A stretch of DNA of 61,819 nt from an uncultured Pseudomonadota bacterium (lineage in GTDB: Bacteria; Pseudomonadota; Alphaproteobacteria; RF32; CAG-239), in contig CASGEB010000009.1 of assembly GCA_949300375.1 (NCBI GenBank), forward strand, positions 1 to 61,819. Direction: 5' to 3'. A model generated the notes under the pieces. It had not been told where the DNA came from, made no database searches, and saw only the letters and a program-made list of their open reading frames with translations. The translations under genes and the position numbers were made by a program. Shown one piece after another: positions 11,085 to 20,807 of the stretch. Every line of letters starts with the position of its first letter. Position 1 is the first letter of the stretch.

Positions 11085-11831
11085 ATGAAAAAAGGATTAC
11101 TATTAGGCTCTGTCGGAATATTAACCATTCTCGGAAACACAAAAATCCAAGCCGGATGCATTCCGACTAACGATTGTTCTTCTTTAGGATACAAATACAC
11201 TAAAGATGAATGTTCTGGGCAAGGGATTGCCTGCCCCTTCGACGCTGCCAAATATAATTGCGAAAACCCGTGTACATACAAGGTGAGCCTTTCCGACTGT
11301 TCATCCAAATGTTTAAATAATGGTACAAAATCATGCACAAGAAACGGAACAACCTACTACGAATCTTGTGGCGTTTCCAAATGTTCCAGCGGATATGAAT
11401 GTCAAAACGGAAAATGCGTAACAGCATGTACCTATACATATTCAGAATATATGTGCAGCCAGGAATGCAAATCGCCGGCCGGACGTTCTTGTACAAGAAA
11501 TGGTATAACGTTCTATGAAAGTTGCGGAAATTACAAATGCCCAAGCGGAAAAAAATGCTACGAGGGCAGTTGCTACACCCCCGTTCCGGTCGGCGAATAC
11601 TGCTGCGGATATGAAAACCAATGCGGATACAGCGGGGGAACAAGCAGTTCTTTCGATAGCAGATGTTACAGCATATACGGACAAAGTTGTTATCAAAAAT
11701 GCAGATCCATGGGATACCCTGATTGCACAGACTGGATACCAAGCTGCTATGCAACGGGAAATTCTCCCCAGAGAAAAGGATGCAGTTCTGACGGAAATGC
11801 AACAAACTATGCTATAAGCTGGTATTGTTAA
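11085..11831 (+). CDS. Secreted cysteine-rich protein (A + B + B + C)
   Basis: Start revised to MKKGLLLG (RBS aaggga); CIPTNDCSSLGY...ACPFD; two SCTRNGxTxYESC repeats; CCGY...YPDC. Confidence 0.9.
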   Translation: MKKGLLLGSVGILTILGNTKIQAGCIPTNDCSSLGYKYTKDECSGQGIACPFDAAKYNCENPCTYKVSLSDCSSKCLNNGTKSCTRNGTTYYESCGVSKCSSGYECQNGKCVTACTYTYSEYMCSQECKSPAGRSCTRNGITFYESCGNYKCPSGKKCYEGSCYTPVPVGEYCCGYENQCGYSGGTSSSFDSRCYSIYGQSCYQKCRSMGYPDCTDWIPSCYATGNSPQRKGCSSDGNATNYAISWYC

Positions 11832-11874
11832 GCGACAAAAGATAGAAATTCTTCTTTTTATGCTTTTCGCTATC

Positions 11875-14058
11875 TTACATAAAGGAATACGGATCAATAT
11901 CCACTTCCACCCGCACGCCTGACGGAATCTTTACCTTTGCCAGCCAGTCGCGGATAACATCTTGGATTTTGATACTTTTTGACGTTTTCAACAGCAGCCG
12001 GAACCGAAATTTGTTGCGCAGCATAAAAATCGGCGCCGGCGCCGGCCCCAACGTCGTAATATACTCATTATTCGGCGCCACATTCCCGAGCCAGACCGCC
12101 AAACGTTCGGCTGTTTCCTGATTTGTCCCCGACACAATCAGCGCTGCTAATTTGCCGAACGGCGGCATTTTCAATATCTTCCGGCTTTGCTTTTCCAGTT
12201 TCAAAAACTCCTGCCGGTCATTATTGATTAACGCCTTTAAAACCGCATTTTCCGGATAAAGGGTCTGCACATAAACCGTTCCTTTTTTCTCTCCGCGCCC
12301 GGCCCGTCCGGAAACCTGCGAAAGCAGCTGATAAGTCTGCTCCGAAGCCCGAAGGTCGCTGCCCATCAGCCCCAAATCGGCATCCACAATGCCGACTAAA
12401 GTCAATGCCGGAAAATGGTGTCCTTTGGCCAAAATCTGCGTTCCGATAAGAATATCAACCAGCCCCTGCTCCATTTCTTTAATAACCGCTGAAACCTCGG
12501 CCATACTGGATGTAATATCGCTTGAGATAATTTTGACCCGCGCTGTCGGAAAGCGTGCTTTCACCTCTTCGGCAATCCGCTCCACCCCGGGGCCGCAGGC
12601 TGTCAGCCCTTCTTCAGAATGGCATTCCGGACATTCCTTTGGCATCGGCATGGAAAAACCGCAATGATGGCAAATCAGTTTTTTTTGCAAACGGTGTTCC
12701 GTTAACCAAGACGTACAATTCGGACATTGAATCCGATGCCCGCAATCCCGGCAGATGGTCAGCGGAGCATAACCGCGCCGGTTCAAAAACAACATTGATT
12801 GTTCGTTTTTATCCAGATTTTCCTTCAAAGCCGCAACCAGGCTCGGAGACAACCATGAAACGCCCCAGCTTCCTTTGACCGGCTTGTCTTTCTTCAAATC
12901 AACAACCTTAATTTCCGGCAGCTGCGCTGCGGCAAAACGGCTGGTCAGTTTCACACAGTCATATTTTCCTTCTTCAACATTATTGATTGTTTCCAAAGAC
13001 GGCGTCGCCGTTGACAGGATAATCGGAAAATTCTCAAACTTCGCCCGGACAACCGCCATATCCCGTCCCTGATAATTGACGACGTCTTCCTGCTTAAAAG
13101 AATGGTCATGACATTCGTCAACCACAATCAGCCCCAGATTTTTATAGGGCAAAAACAAGGCCGAACGCGCCCCGATCAACACCTGCGCCCTGCCGTCCGC
13201 CGCCGCTTTCCAGGTTTCGAGCCGTTCCCTGCTGCCAAGCGCCGAATGCCACTTGGCCGGCATAACGCCGAAACGTCGTTCAAAACGTCCGAGCCATTGT
13301 GTCGTCAAAGAAATTTCCGGCACCATAATCAAAACCTGTTTTCCTTGCCGGACAGTTTCCGCCACTGCTTCAAAATAAACTTCCGTTTTTCCGGAACCGG
13401 TTACGCCGTCCAACAAAGTTGCGGAAAACCCGTTGCCGACTTTTGACAACAACATTTCTGCCGCCGCTTGCTGTTCCTGCGTCAGGCTTACTTTTCCAAA
13501 ATCGGGAAGAGGACGCGCAAACACCCATTTGTCTTCCACTTCCACCGGCTCCAACACTCCGGCCTCTATCAATTTATTCACAACCGGCATTGTTACGCCG
13601 GCGCCTTTACAGATATCCGACCGGCTGAACGGCGCAAATTTTAAAAAATCCATCACCCGCCAGCGCGCATCGGAATTTTTGATTTTAGCCTCTGCCAGCG
13701 TTTTGCCGGAAAGTCTATAAAGCAGCAAAGTCTTCGGATCTTCAAACACGCCGCGCACGCTCAAAACCATTTTGAGCACCAAACCGGTAAAAGCCATATT
13801 ATATTGCGCCACAAAATCGACAAACTTTCTCAACGCGGCAGACAAGGGCGGAAAAGCATATTTCTCATTGACTGATTTGATTTTGGCATTGTCCAAACCG
13901 CAAGATTTGCCGATTTTCCAAACAACGCCTATAACCTGCTCGTGGCCAAACGGAACCCGGACAATATCGCCGATTCCGACATCATCCGCCGCCAGATAGT
14001 CAAAAACATTATTAAACGGCAGGGTCAGCATAACCCCGACAATTTTTCCCAAATTCAC
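11875..14058 (-). CDS. priA: Primosomal protein N'
   Basis: GVTGSGKTEVY, DECHD, four CxxC zinc motifs, QVSGRAGR, DIDPYSFM. Confidence 0.97.
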   Translation of the reverse strand: MNLGKIVGVMLTLPFNNVFDYLAADDVGIGDIVRVPFGHEQVIGVVWKIGKSCGLDNAKIKSVNEKYAFPPLSAALRKFVDFVAQYNMAFTGLVLKMVLSVRGVFEDPKTLLLYRLSGKTLAEAKIKNSDARWRVMDFLKFAPFSRSDICKGAGVTMPVVNKLIEAGVLEPVEVEDKWVFARPLPDFGKVSLTQEQQAAAEMLLSKVGNGFSATLLDGVTGSGKTEVYFEAVAETVRQGKQVLIMVPEISLTTQWLGRFERRFGVMPAKWHSALGSRERLETWKAAADGRAQVLIGARSALFLPYKNLGLIVVDECHDHSFKQEDVVNYQGRDMAVVRAKFENFPIILSTATPSLETINNVEEGKYDCVKLTSRFAAAQLPEIKVVDLKKDKPVKGSWGVSWLSPSLVAALKENLDKNEQSMLFLNRRGYAPLTICRDCGHRIQCPNCTSWLTEHRLQKKLICHHCGFSMPMPKECPECHSEEGLTACGPGVERIAEEVKARFPTARVKIISSDITSSMAEVSAVIKEMEQGLVDILIGTQILAKGHHFPALTLVGIVDADLGLMGSDLRASEQTYQLLSQVSGRAGRGEKKGTVYVQTLYPENAVLKALINNDRQEFLKLEKQSRKILKMPPFGKLAALIVSGTNQETAERLAVWLGNVAPNNEYITTLGPAPAPIFMLRNKFRFRLLLKTSKSIKIQDVIRDWLAKVKIPSGVRVEVDIDPYSFM

Positions 14059-14297
14059 CGCCTCCGGATTCTTTCAAACTTTTTCCATCATATCAAAAGC
14101 CATATAAAATAAAATAAAATTTTAAAATGCCCACAACAGAAAAATAATAAAAATTTCAAACAAGCCGGATAGTGTTAAATATGATAATACAGAAGAAATA
14201 TCTTCTTTTGAAATTTAATTTACATTGGCAATTTATTCTTTCTATACTCTGCCTATCTTTACCAAATAATTACCTTTTGAATTTACAATAAAACACT

Positions 14298-15239
14298 ATG
14301 AAAAGCGAAATCACATATCAGACAGACGAAGAAACTGCCGCCCTTATAAAAAAATGGAAAAACTGGCTGCAGAATGAACGCTGCTACTCGCCCAATACAC
14401 TTGACGGCTATTGCCGCGACTTATCAGATTTCTTCGTTTTTTTGCATAAAAGACTCAACCGGATTCCGAATCTGACTGTGCTGCAGGAAATTGACGTCCG
14501 AACGTTCCGCGGCTATATTTCTGCCCGGGCGGAAAGGCGGCTAAACAAAACAACAATAGCCCGCAATATCTCTACTTTAAAAAATTTCTTCCGCTGGTTG
14601 GACGATAACGGCATCATCAAAAATCCGGCATTAAGCGTTATTTCGTCTCCCAAACTTCCCAAAGCCCTTCCAAAAGCTCTGGACATCGGAGAAACGTTCA
14701 AAATTCTCAACAAAGCTGGAAACTACGCTAAAAATGAATGGCAGGGAGTTCGGGATACGGCCGTTTTTACATTGCTGTACGGTTGCGGTCTGCGTATCTC
14801 CGAAGCCTTGTCGCTAAATTTCGGCGACATCACCCGTCAGGCAAAAGTGGTACGCATCAGAGGTAAAGGTAATAAAGAAAGAATTGTGCCTCTGCTACCT
14901 GTTGTCATTGACGCGGTTGACGAATATCTTCAAAGCTGTCCCTACCAACTCAAAAAGGGCGAACCTTTATTTGTCGGCGCCCGCGGAGAAAGGCTGCTGC
15001 CCCGGATAATCCAAAGGCAGCTGCAAAAGATTCGGCTTGCATTGGGCCTGCCTGATTCTTTGACGCCCCATGCTCTGCGCCATTCTTTTGCCACTCACCT
15101 GTTGTCCGAGGGAACCGACCTGCGTTCGATTCAGGAACTGCTTGGACACAGTTCTCTGGCCACAACGCAAAGATACACCGATGTTCAAACCGAAACCCTC
15201 AAGAGAGAATATAAAAAAGCCGATTTGCTGGGAGATTAA
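14298..15239 (+). CDS. xerC: Tyrosine recombinase XerC
   Basis: LLYGCGLRISE, GKGNKER, TPHALRHSFATHLL, LLGHSSLATTQRYT; divergent from priA. Confidence 0.85.
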   Translation: MKSEITYQTDEETAALIKKWKNWLQNERCYSPNTLDGYCRDLSDFFVFLHKRLNRIPNLTVLQEIDVRTFRGYISARAERRLNKTTIARNISTLKNFFRWLDDNGIIKNPALSVISSPKLPKALPKALDIGETFKILNKAGNYAKNEWQGVRDTAVFTLLYGCGLRISEALSLNFGDITRQAKVVRIRGKGNKERIVPLLPVVIDAVDEYLQSCPYQLKKGEPLFVGARGERLLPRIIQRQLQKIRLALGLPDSLTPHALRHSFATHLLSEGTDLRSIQELLGHSSLATTQRYTDVQTETLKREYKKADLLGD

Positions 15240-15272
15240 AATCTGCCGGCAAAAGTTTTTCCGGCAACAAAC

Positions 15273-15307
15273 AAAAAAAGTACCGCCCTGTTCCGGCGGC
15301 ACTTTTT
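15273..15307. terminator. Bidirectional terminator between xerC and rpmG
   Basis: aaaaaagtaccgcc-ctgttcc-ggcggcacttttt. Confidence 0.65.
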
Positions 15308-15336
15308 CATTTCACTTACAAAACGCTCTAAAAAAA

Positions 15337-15504
15337 CTACTTCAGTTTTTTCTCAACAAACTCTTCGTGTTTTCTGGACTTCTTGTCATATTTTTTCAAA
15401 GTCAGTTTTTCCGGATGAGTTCTCGGATTTTTTTCAGCAAGAAAAAAAGTGCCTGTACCGGCCGTGCTTTCCATTTTTACTAAAACTTTAATTGCTTTTG
15501 CCAT
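15337..15504 (-). CDS. rpmG: 50S ribosomal protein L33
   Basis: My own translation (below the ORF-track cutoff): MAKAIKVLVKMESTAGTGTFFLAEKNPRTHPEKLTLKKYDKKSRKHEEFVEKKLK*. Confidence 0.93.
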   Translation of the reverse strand: MAKAIKVLVKMESTAGTGTFFLAEKNPRTHPEKLTLKKYDKKSRKHEEFVEKKLK

Positions 15505-15585
15505 TTTCTTTACTCTTAAAAGGTTACAAATTTAAAAACATTTGACTGCACTATACATTTTTTTAGCGCAATGTCAACAACAATT

Positions 15586-16683
15586 TCATAATTTTTTATA
15601 AATCAACGCTTTGGCAACCAAAAAGTCAAAAGGTTCATTTTCTCTTTGCTGACGCGGACAATCAGCAGCTTTTTGTTGATTGGCAACAAACTCGGGTTTT
15701 TGCCCCTCTCCCATAAACGCCGTACAAATGTCCGGAATCAAACCGCTTTTTGCCACCGGTGCGCCGGAAGGCCCGAAAAGCGCCGCTGTCGTCAAAGACA
15801 AGCGGGAGCCGTTCTCCAAATCCGACAATGTCTGCACCGTTCCTTTACCATAAGTCCGCGTTCCGACAAGCTCAGCCCGCCCTTGTTCCTGCAAACTCAA
15901 AGCCAAAACCTCGGCCGAAGAAGCAGTATCGGCATCAACAAGAACAACCAAAGGTTTTTGAGTCCACTCACCGCCGGACCGGGCATTATAAAACTTCTCC
16001 TCATTGTCAGCCACACTGTTGACCGACGCGATAATCCCGTCATCCAAAAACATATCGGCAATTTCAGACATCGCCGCCAACGACCCTCCGGAATTTCCCC
16101 GCAAATCCAAAACCATAGCGTCGGCATTTTTTTCGTTGGCCATCGCCTGACGCAGGAGAGACGGACTGTCTTTGTCAAAAACCTTAATTTTAATATGCAG
16201 CAGATTGCCCTTCCGATAAGCCGAAAAAGCCCGGTGGGGGATAAAAGCGCTATCGCCGGCCATATCCATGGCTTTATAATATTTGGAACCGTCATTCAAC
16301 GCAAGCGTCACAGCCGCCAGCATCTCGTCAGCAGCCTCAAAATCATGCAAAGAAATCTTCTCCGATATTTTTTTGACATCTTCCAACACTTCTTCTGCCA
16401 AAGCCGCCCAGCTTTCGGCTGTATCCTGTTCCGGCTTGCGCAGGCTCTTGGTCATTTTGCCGCCGTAATATACGGTAACGCGCCCGGCTTTCATACCGAA
16501 CTTCAGCCTGCCGTCCATATTCTGCAAGCCTTTAAGAGCCTCTTCCGTTATCCGTTCATAGCTTAAATGCTGAGGATTTTCTTCATGTATTTTTGCAAAA
16601 ACCGGCAGAAAAACGCCATAATCCGCTTTAACCGGAAATACCGCCGATAATCCCAAAATTAATGTAAAAATAAAACTGCGCAT
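15586..16683 (-). CDS. S41 family C-terminal processing peptidase-like protein, apparently without PDZ
   Basis: Signal peptide; LDLRGNSGG, TASSAE, GTRTYGKG. Confidence 0.85.
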   Translation of the reverse strand: MRSFIFTLILGLSAVFPVKADYGVFLPVFAKIHEENPQHLSYERITEEALKGLQNMDGRLKFGMKAGRVTVYYGGKMTKSLRKPEQDTAESWAALAEEVLEDVKKISEKISLHDFEAADEMLAAVTLALNDGSKYYKAMDMAGDSAFIPHRAFSAYRKGNLLHIKIKVFDKDSPSLLRQAMANEKNADAMVLDLRGNSGGSLAAMSEIADMFLDDGIIASVNSVADNEEKFYNARSGGEWTQKPLVVLVDADTASSAEVLALSLQEQGRAELVGTRTYGKGTVQTLSDLENGSRLSLTTAALFGPSGAPVAKSGLIPDICTAFMGEGQKPEFVANQQKAADCPRQQRENEPFDFLVAKALIYKKL

Positions 16684-16756
16684 CAGTCCCCGCTTTTTAT
16701 TGCCTTTGTTCTTATTCTGCCTCCGAAAAGCATTTTTGACAAGTCCGGCGCCAAAG

Positions 16757-18709
16757 TTATTCGTCGTAAAAACGAAAAGTCAGTCCGCCGGTTACCGGAT
16801 TAGCCTCCCGCAGCATCGCCTTAATCCTGTCGCCGAGTCGAAATTCCCGCTTGCTTCGCACTCCGGATAAAGAAAGCTTGTTTTCCGGCAAAATATAACG
16901 GTCATTCGGCAGCGTTTTCATAAGAATCAGCCCTTCGGCGCCGATGTCTTCAATCCGGACAAAAATCCCGGCACTGCTGAAACCGGTTATCACCACATCA
17001 AAAACCTGCCCTTGCGCCGGCTTGAGATACGCGGCCAGATAGCGCGACAACATTTCTCTTTCGGCATTGACGGCCTTACGCTCCGTTTCTGAAATATGAG
17101 CGCCGATGTCTTCAAACAGCTTGTTGTCGGCACGCTCATTCAACGCCCCTCCGTCAGGCAGTTTCAAAGCTTTAATCAGTGCTCTGTGAACCAGCAAATC
17201 TGCATACCGCCGGATCGGCGATGTAAAATGCACATAATCCTTCAGCCCCAATCCGAAATGCCCGATATTATGCGGACTATACACGGCCTGAGACTGCATC
17301 CGCAAAATCAAATCGCTGATGCCCGACTGCAGCCCCCGCTTTTCACAAGTCTCGGCAATTTTATTAAAATGCCCGGGCTTCAAGGCAGAAAGATCAGGAA
17401 GTTTCATTTTCAGTTCCCGCAGCAATCCTTCCAAATCCGGCAGCCTTTCCGCCCGCGGCTTGTCATGAATCCTATACATGACCGGTATTTTCTTTTTCTT
17501 CAAAGTCTGCGCCGCCGCAACATTTGCCGCAATCATAAACTCCTCGACAATCTTTTCGCTGAGCAGATGAGGGCATTTTTCCACAGACTTGACTGCGCCG
17601 GATTTGTCAAACCTGACTTTAAACTCATCGGTCTCCAGCTCCAGCGCTCCGCGTTTTTTCCGGGCTTTTGCCAAAGCCTGATAAGCCTCCCAAAGGGGCA
17701 TAATGACCGGATAAAAAAGCGGAGCCGTTTTATCGTTTCTGTTGCCGTCCAGCGCATTCTGTACTTCACTGTAAGTCAGCCTCTCGGCAGACCGGATAAC
17801 TGCCCGGTGAAAATTATGGCTCAGAATTTTCCCGTCATTGTCAATTTCAATAAAACAAGCCAGCACCGGACGTTTTTCGCGCGGCCGCAGCGAGCATAAA
17901 TCATTGCTCAAAACTTCCGGCAGCATCGGCACGACCATATCCGGCAAATAGACCGAATTTCCGCGCTTATAAGCCTCCCTGTCAAGTTCGGACAAATCCC
18001 GCACATAAAAGGCCACATCGGCAATCGCCACGCCGAGACGAAAACCGGTCGGCGTTTTTTCTGCCCAAACAGCATCGTCAAAATCTTTGGAATCATCTCC
18101 GTCAATCGTTACAAACGGCAGATTTGTCAAATCCAAACGCGCCGACGGATCAAAATCGGGCAGTTTTTTGACCTCTTTATTCGCCTTGTTCGAAAAAACA
18201 AACGGAATATCATACTTGTCCAACACCAAAACGGACGTTGCCTTATGAAGGTCAAACGGACCGATAACCCTGATGATGCGTGCAGTCTTAAACCTTTTGT
18301 CCCCTTCCAGAAAAAAGCTGACAAAATCGCCTTCTTTCAATCCCTTGCCGGAATTCAGCCAATATGTTTCACGCGAATTCTTTTCTGCGCTGACCACCAA
18401 CGCCTTTTCGCCATACTTTTCAATCACGCCGTAACGCTTTTCCACAAAATCATCTGCATTGCCGAGACGGGTAACCGGACGGGCTGAAAAAACGCCATGC
18501 AGATAAAACAATTTGGCCAAAACCACATCGCCCGGCATCAGCGCCGGTTTTATTCTTTTATTCGGCTGCACAAAAATCTCCGCCCCGGAAGGATTGTGCT
18601 TTTCACAAACAGTTCTGGCCAAAAGTTCTCCGTCTTCCGTTTCGCCGCAAATTTCAATTTTTATCAATTCCGGCAGCCGGCGTTTGCTTTTTTTAACTCT
18701 CTTAGCCAT
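16757..18709 (-). CDS. rnr: Ribonuclease R (RNB domain)
   Basis: TIDGDDSKDFDDA, EEFMIAAN, HFTSPIRRYADL, C-terminal S1 domain. Confidence 0.92.
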   Translation of the reverse strand: MAKRVKKSKRRLPELIKIEICGETEDGELLARTVCEKHNPSGAEIFVQPNKRIKPALMPGDVVLAKLFYLHGVFSARPVTRLGNADDFVEKRYGVIEKYGEKALVVSAEKNSRETYWLNSGKGLKEGDFVSFFLEGDKRFKTARIIRVIGPFDLHKATSVLVLDKYDIPFVFSNKANKEVKKLPDFDPSARLDLTNLPFVTIDGDDSKDFDDAVWAEKTPTGFRLGVAIADVAFYVRDLSELDREAYKRGNSVYLPDMVVPMLPEVLSNDLCSLRPREKRPVLACFIEIDNDGKILSHNFHRAVIRSAERLTYSEVQNALDGNRNDKTAPLFYPVIMPLWEAYQALAKARKKRGALELETDEFKVRFDKSGAVKSVEKCPHLLSEKIVEEFMIAANVAAAQTLKKKKIPVMYRIHDKPRAERLPDLEGLLRELKMKLPDLSALKPGHFNKIAETCEKRGLQSGISDLILRMQSQAVYSPHNIGHFGLGLKDYVHFTSPIRRYADLLVHRALIKALKLPDGGALNERADNKLFEDIGAHISETERKAVNAEREMLSRYLAAYLKPAQGQVFDVVITGFSSAGIFVRIEDIGAEGLILMKTLPNDRYILPENKLSLSGVRSKREFRLGDRIKAMLREANPVTGGLTFRFYDE

Positions 18710-19503
18710 CAGTTTTTCAACTCAACTATCAACGGCGTATGGTCGGACGGTTTGAAACTGCGTCTGGGGTTCTTGTCTACTTCGCAGAAAGACAACCGGT
18801 CGGCTGCTTGCGGCGAAAGCATCATATAATCGATTCGCATTCCGTTGTCCGCAAAAAAAGCCTGCCCGGCATAATCCCAAAACGTATAGCCTTTTTCCTG
18901 CGGATGCAAAAGCCGGAAAGCATCATAAAACCCAAGATACCTGATAGCCGTCAGTTTTTGCCGGACTTCTTCCCGGCACAAAGCATTATTCAAAAAAGCC
19001 TTCTCATCATACACGTCCCCTGCCGTCAAAATCACGTTAAAATCGCCTCCGAGCAAAACCGGACGGTTCAGCAGCAGCAAATCTTTTGCGTGCGCATACA
19101 AGGCGTCCATCCATTTGAGCTTATAAGCATATTTGCTGTCATCGTCAGGATTATTATACGGAGGATTCCCATTCGGCAAATAAAGCGACGCCGCACGCCA
19201 GACATCGCCGGCCGCTTCCGTTTCCACTTCCAGATACCGGGCTTGCTCATCTTTCAAACCGGGCAGCCCCTCTTCAATCACCTTTATCTTTTTTTTGGAA
19301 AGAACCGCAACGCCGTTATAGCTTTTCTGTCCGAGGATTGCCGCCTCATAACCGGCTGCCTGCAGTTCAAAAAAGGGAAAACCGTCATACTCGGTCTTAA
19401 TCTCCTGCAGCAAAACAATATCCGGACTTTTCTCTCTCAGCCAGCTGAGCAAATTCTCCATCCGGGCATTAATCGAATTTACGTTATAAGTTGCTGCAAT
19501 CAT
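18709..19503 (-). CDS. xth: Exodeoxyribonuclease III
   Basis: TYNVNSI, LQEIK, YNGVA, GDFN, RIDY, PSDH. Confidence 0.93.
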   Translation of the reverse strand: MIAATYNVNSINARMENLLSWLREKSPDIVLLQEIKTEYDGFPFFELQAAGYEAAILGQKSYNGVAVLSKKKIKVIEEGLPGLKDEQARYLEVETEAAGDVWRAASLYLPNGNPPYNNPDDDSKYAYKLKWMDALYAHAKDLLLLNRPVLLGGDFNVILTAGDVYDEKAFLNNALCREEVRQKLTAIRYLGFYDAFRLLHPQEKGYTFWDYAGQAFFADNGMRIDYMMLSPQAADRLSFCEVDKNPRRSFKPSDHTPLIVELKN

Positions 19504-19580
19504 CTCTTTTACCTTTTATTTAATCATTTTGCTTATACTCTTACAACGGATTTAAAATATTTTCAAGGAAAGATAATCTC

Positions 19581-20735
19581 ATGGAACTTGCCACCTATGC
19601 CACTCTGCCGGAACAAAGCCGCGGACGGCTTCACCCGGACTTTGCCAATCTCATCCGTTCGCCGTTCCAGCGCGACCGCGACCGTCTGATTCACTCTTCG
19701 GCCTTTCGCCGCCTTGACGGAAAAACACAGGTGTTTGCCTATCACGAAGGCAAAAATTACCGCACCAGACTGACTCACAGCATTGAGGTTGCCCAGATTA
19801 CCCGGACATTATGCAAAAGCCTCGGATTAAACGAAGAACTCGGAGAAGCCATTGCCCTGGATCATGATCTCGGACATTCCCCGTTTGGCCACGCCGGAGA
19901 GCGCGGTCTGCAAAAAGTTATGAAAAAATATGGCGGTTTTGACCACAATGTCCAGGCTCTGAAAATCGTAACCAAGCTTGAAACCCATTATCCGGACTTT
20001 CCCGGACTGAACCTGACCTGGGAAACCCTTGAAGGAACGGTCAAACATAATGGCCCCGTTAAAGGCTCCCTCAACAATTACCTCAAACAATTCAATCAAA
20101 TTTTTGATCTTGATTTGAAACACTATCCGTCGTTAGAAGCTCAAATCGCCGCCAATGCCGATGACATCGCCTATTTAAATCACGATATTGAAGACGGTTT
20201 TCGCGCCGGATTTTATACATTGGAGCAAATGCGGGAACTGCCTTTCATCAAAGAAATTTTAGACGGCCTGCATAAAAGCCATCCCGGCTCCGATGCCAAT
20301 GTCTGCATCTATGCCGTTACCCGGAATATGATTGCCAAAATGGTTTTTGACCTGCTTGACAACACCCGTGCCAATTTACAGAAATACAACATTCATACAG
20401 CCGAAGACGTAAGAAAACACAACGGTTTTCTGGTTTGTTTTTCACCGATGGTCGATGCCGAAATCTCACGGCTGCGCATTTTTTTAAAAGAACATTTCTA
20501 CACTCACACCAACGTTGTCCGGATGGATATGAAATCGCAAAAAATCATCGAAGAACTGTTTAATGTCTTTATGTCCGACTGGAAACTTCTTCCGGATTCC
20601 GAACGCCGCCTTTTGAGCGGGCAAAGTCCGGAAAACCAGATTGCCGACGTCATCTGCGCCTACATTGCCAATATGACCGATATGTACGCCATAGAAGAAC
20701 ACCAGAAGCTTTTTGACAATCTGACCAGATTTTAG
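19581..20735 (+). CDS. dgt: dGTP triphosphohydrolase (HD family)
   Basis: FQRDRDR, RRLDGKTQV, RTRLTHS, HDLGHSPFGH, DDIAYLNHD. Confidence 0.92.
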   Translation: MELATYATLPEQSRGRLHPDFANLIRSPFQRDRDRLIHSSAFRRLDGKTQVFAYHEGKNYRTRLTHSIEVAQITRTLCKSLGLNEELGEAIALDHDLGHSPFGHAGERGLQKVMKKYGGFDHNVQALKIVTKLETHYPDFPGLNLTWETLEGTVKHNGPVKGSLNNYLKQFNQIFDLDLKHYPSLEAQIAANADDIAYLNHDIEDGFRAGFYTLEQMRELPFIKEILDGLHKSHPGSDANVCIYAVTRNMIAKMVFDLLDNTRANLQKYNIHTAEDVRKHNGFLVCFSPMVDAEISRLRIFLKEHFYTHTNVVRMDMKSQKIIEELFNVFMSDWKLLPDSERRLLSGQSPENQIADVICAYIANMTDMYAIEEHQKLFDNLTRF

Positions 20736-20807
20736 GCTTTTGTTAAAAAATTATAAAGCTTTTATGATTATACTCAAAGTCAGACAATTACTTTAGGGAG
20801 ATAAAAA

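Noticed and set aside
14298-15239. Tyrosine recombinase as a cassette integrase or integron integrase
   Set aside because: It looks like ordinary XerC in a housekeeping position beside priA, I see no integron-integrase insertion, and the genes in locus 1 are not separated by attC-like repeats.
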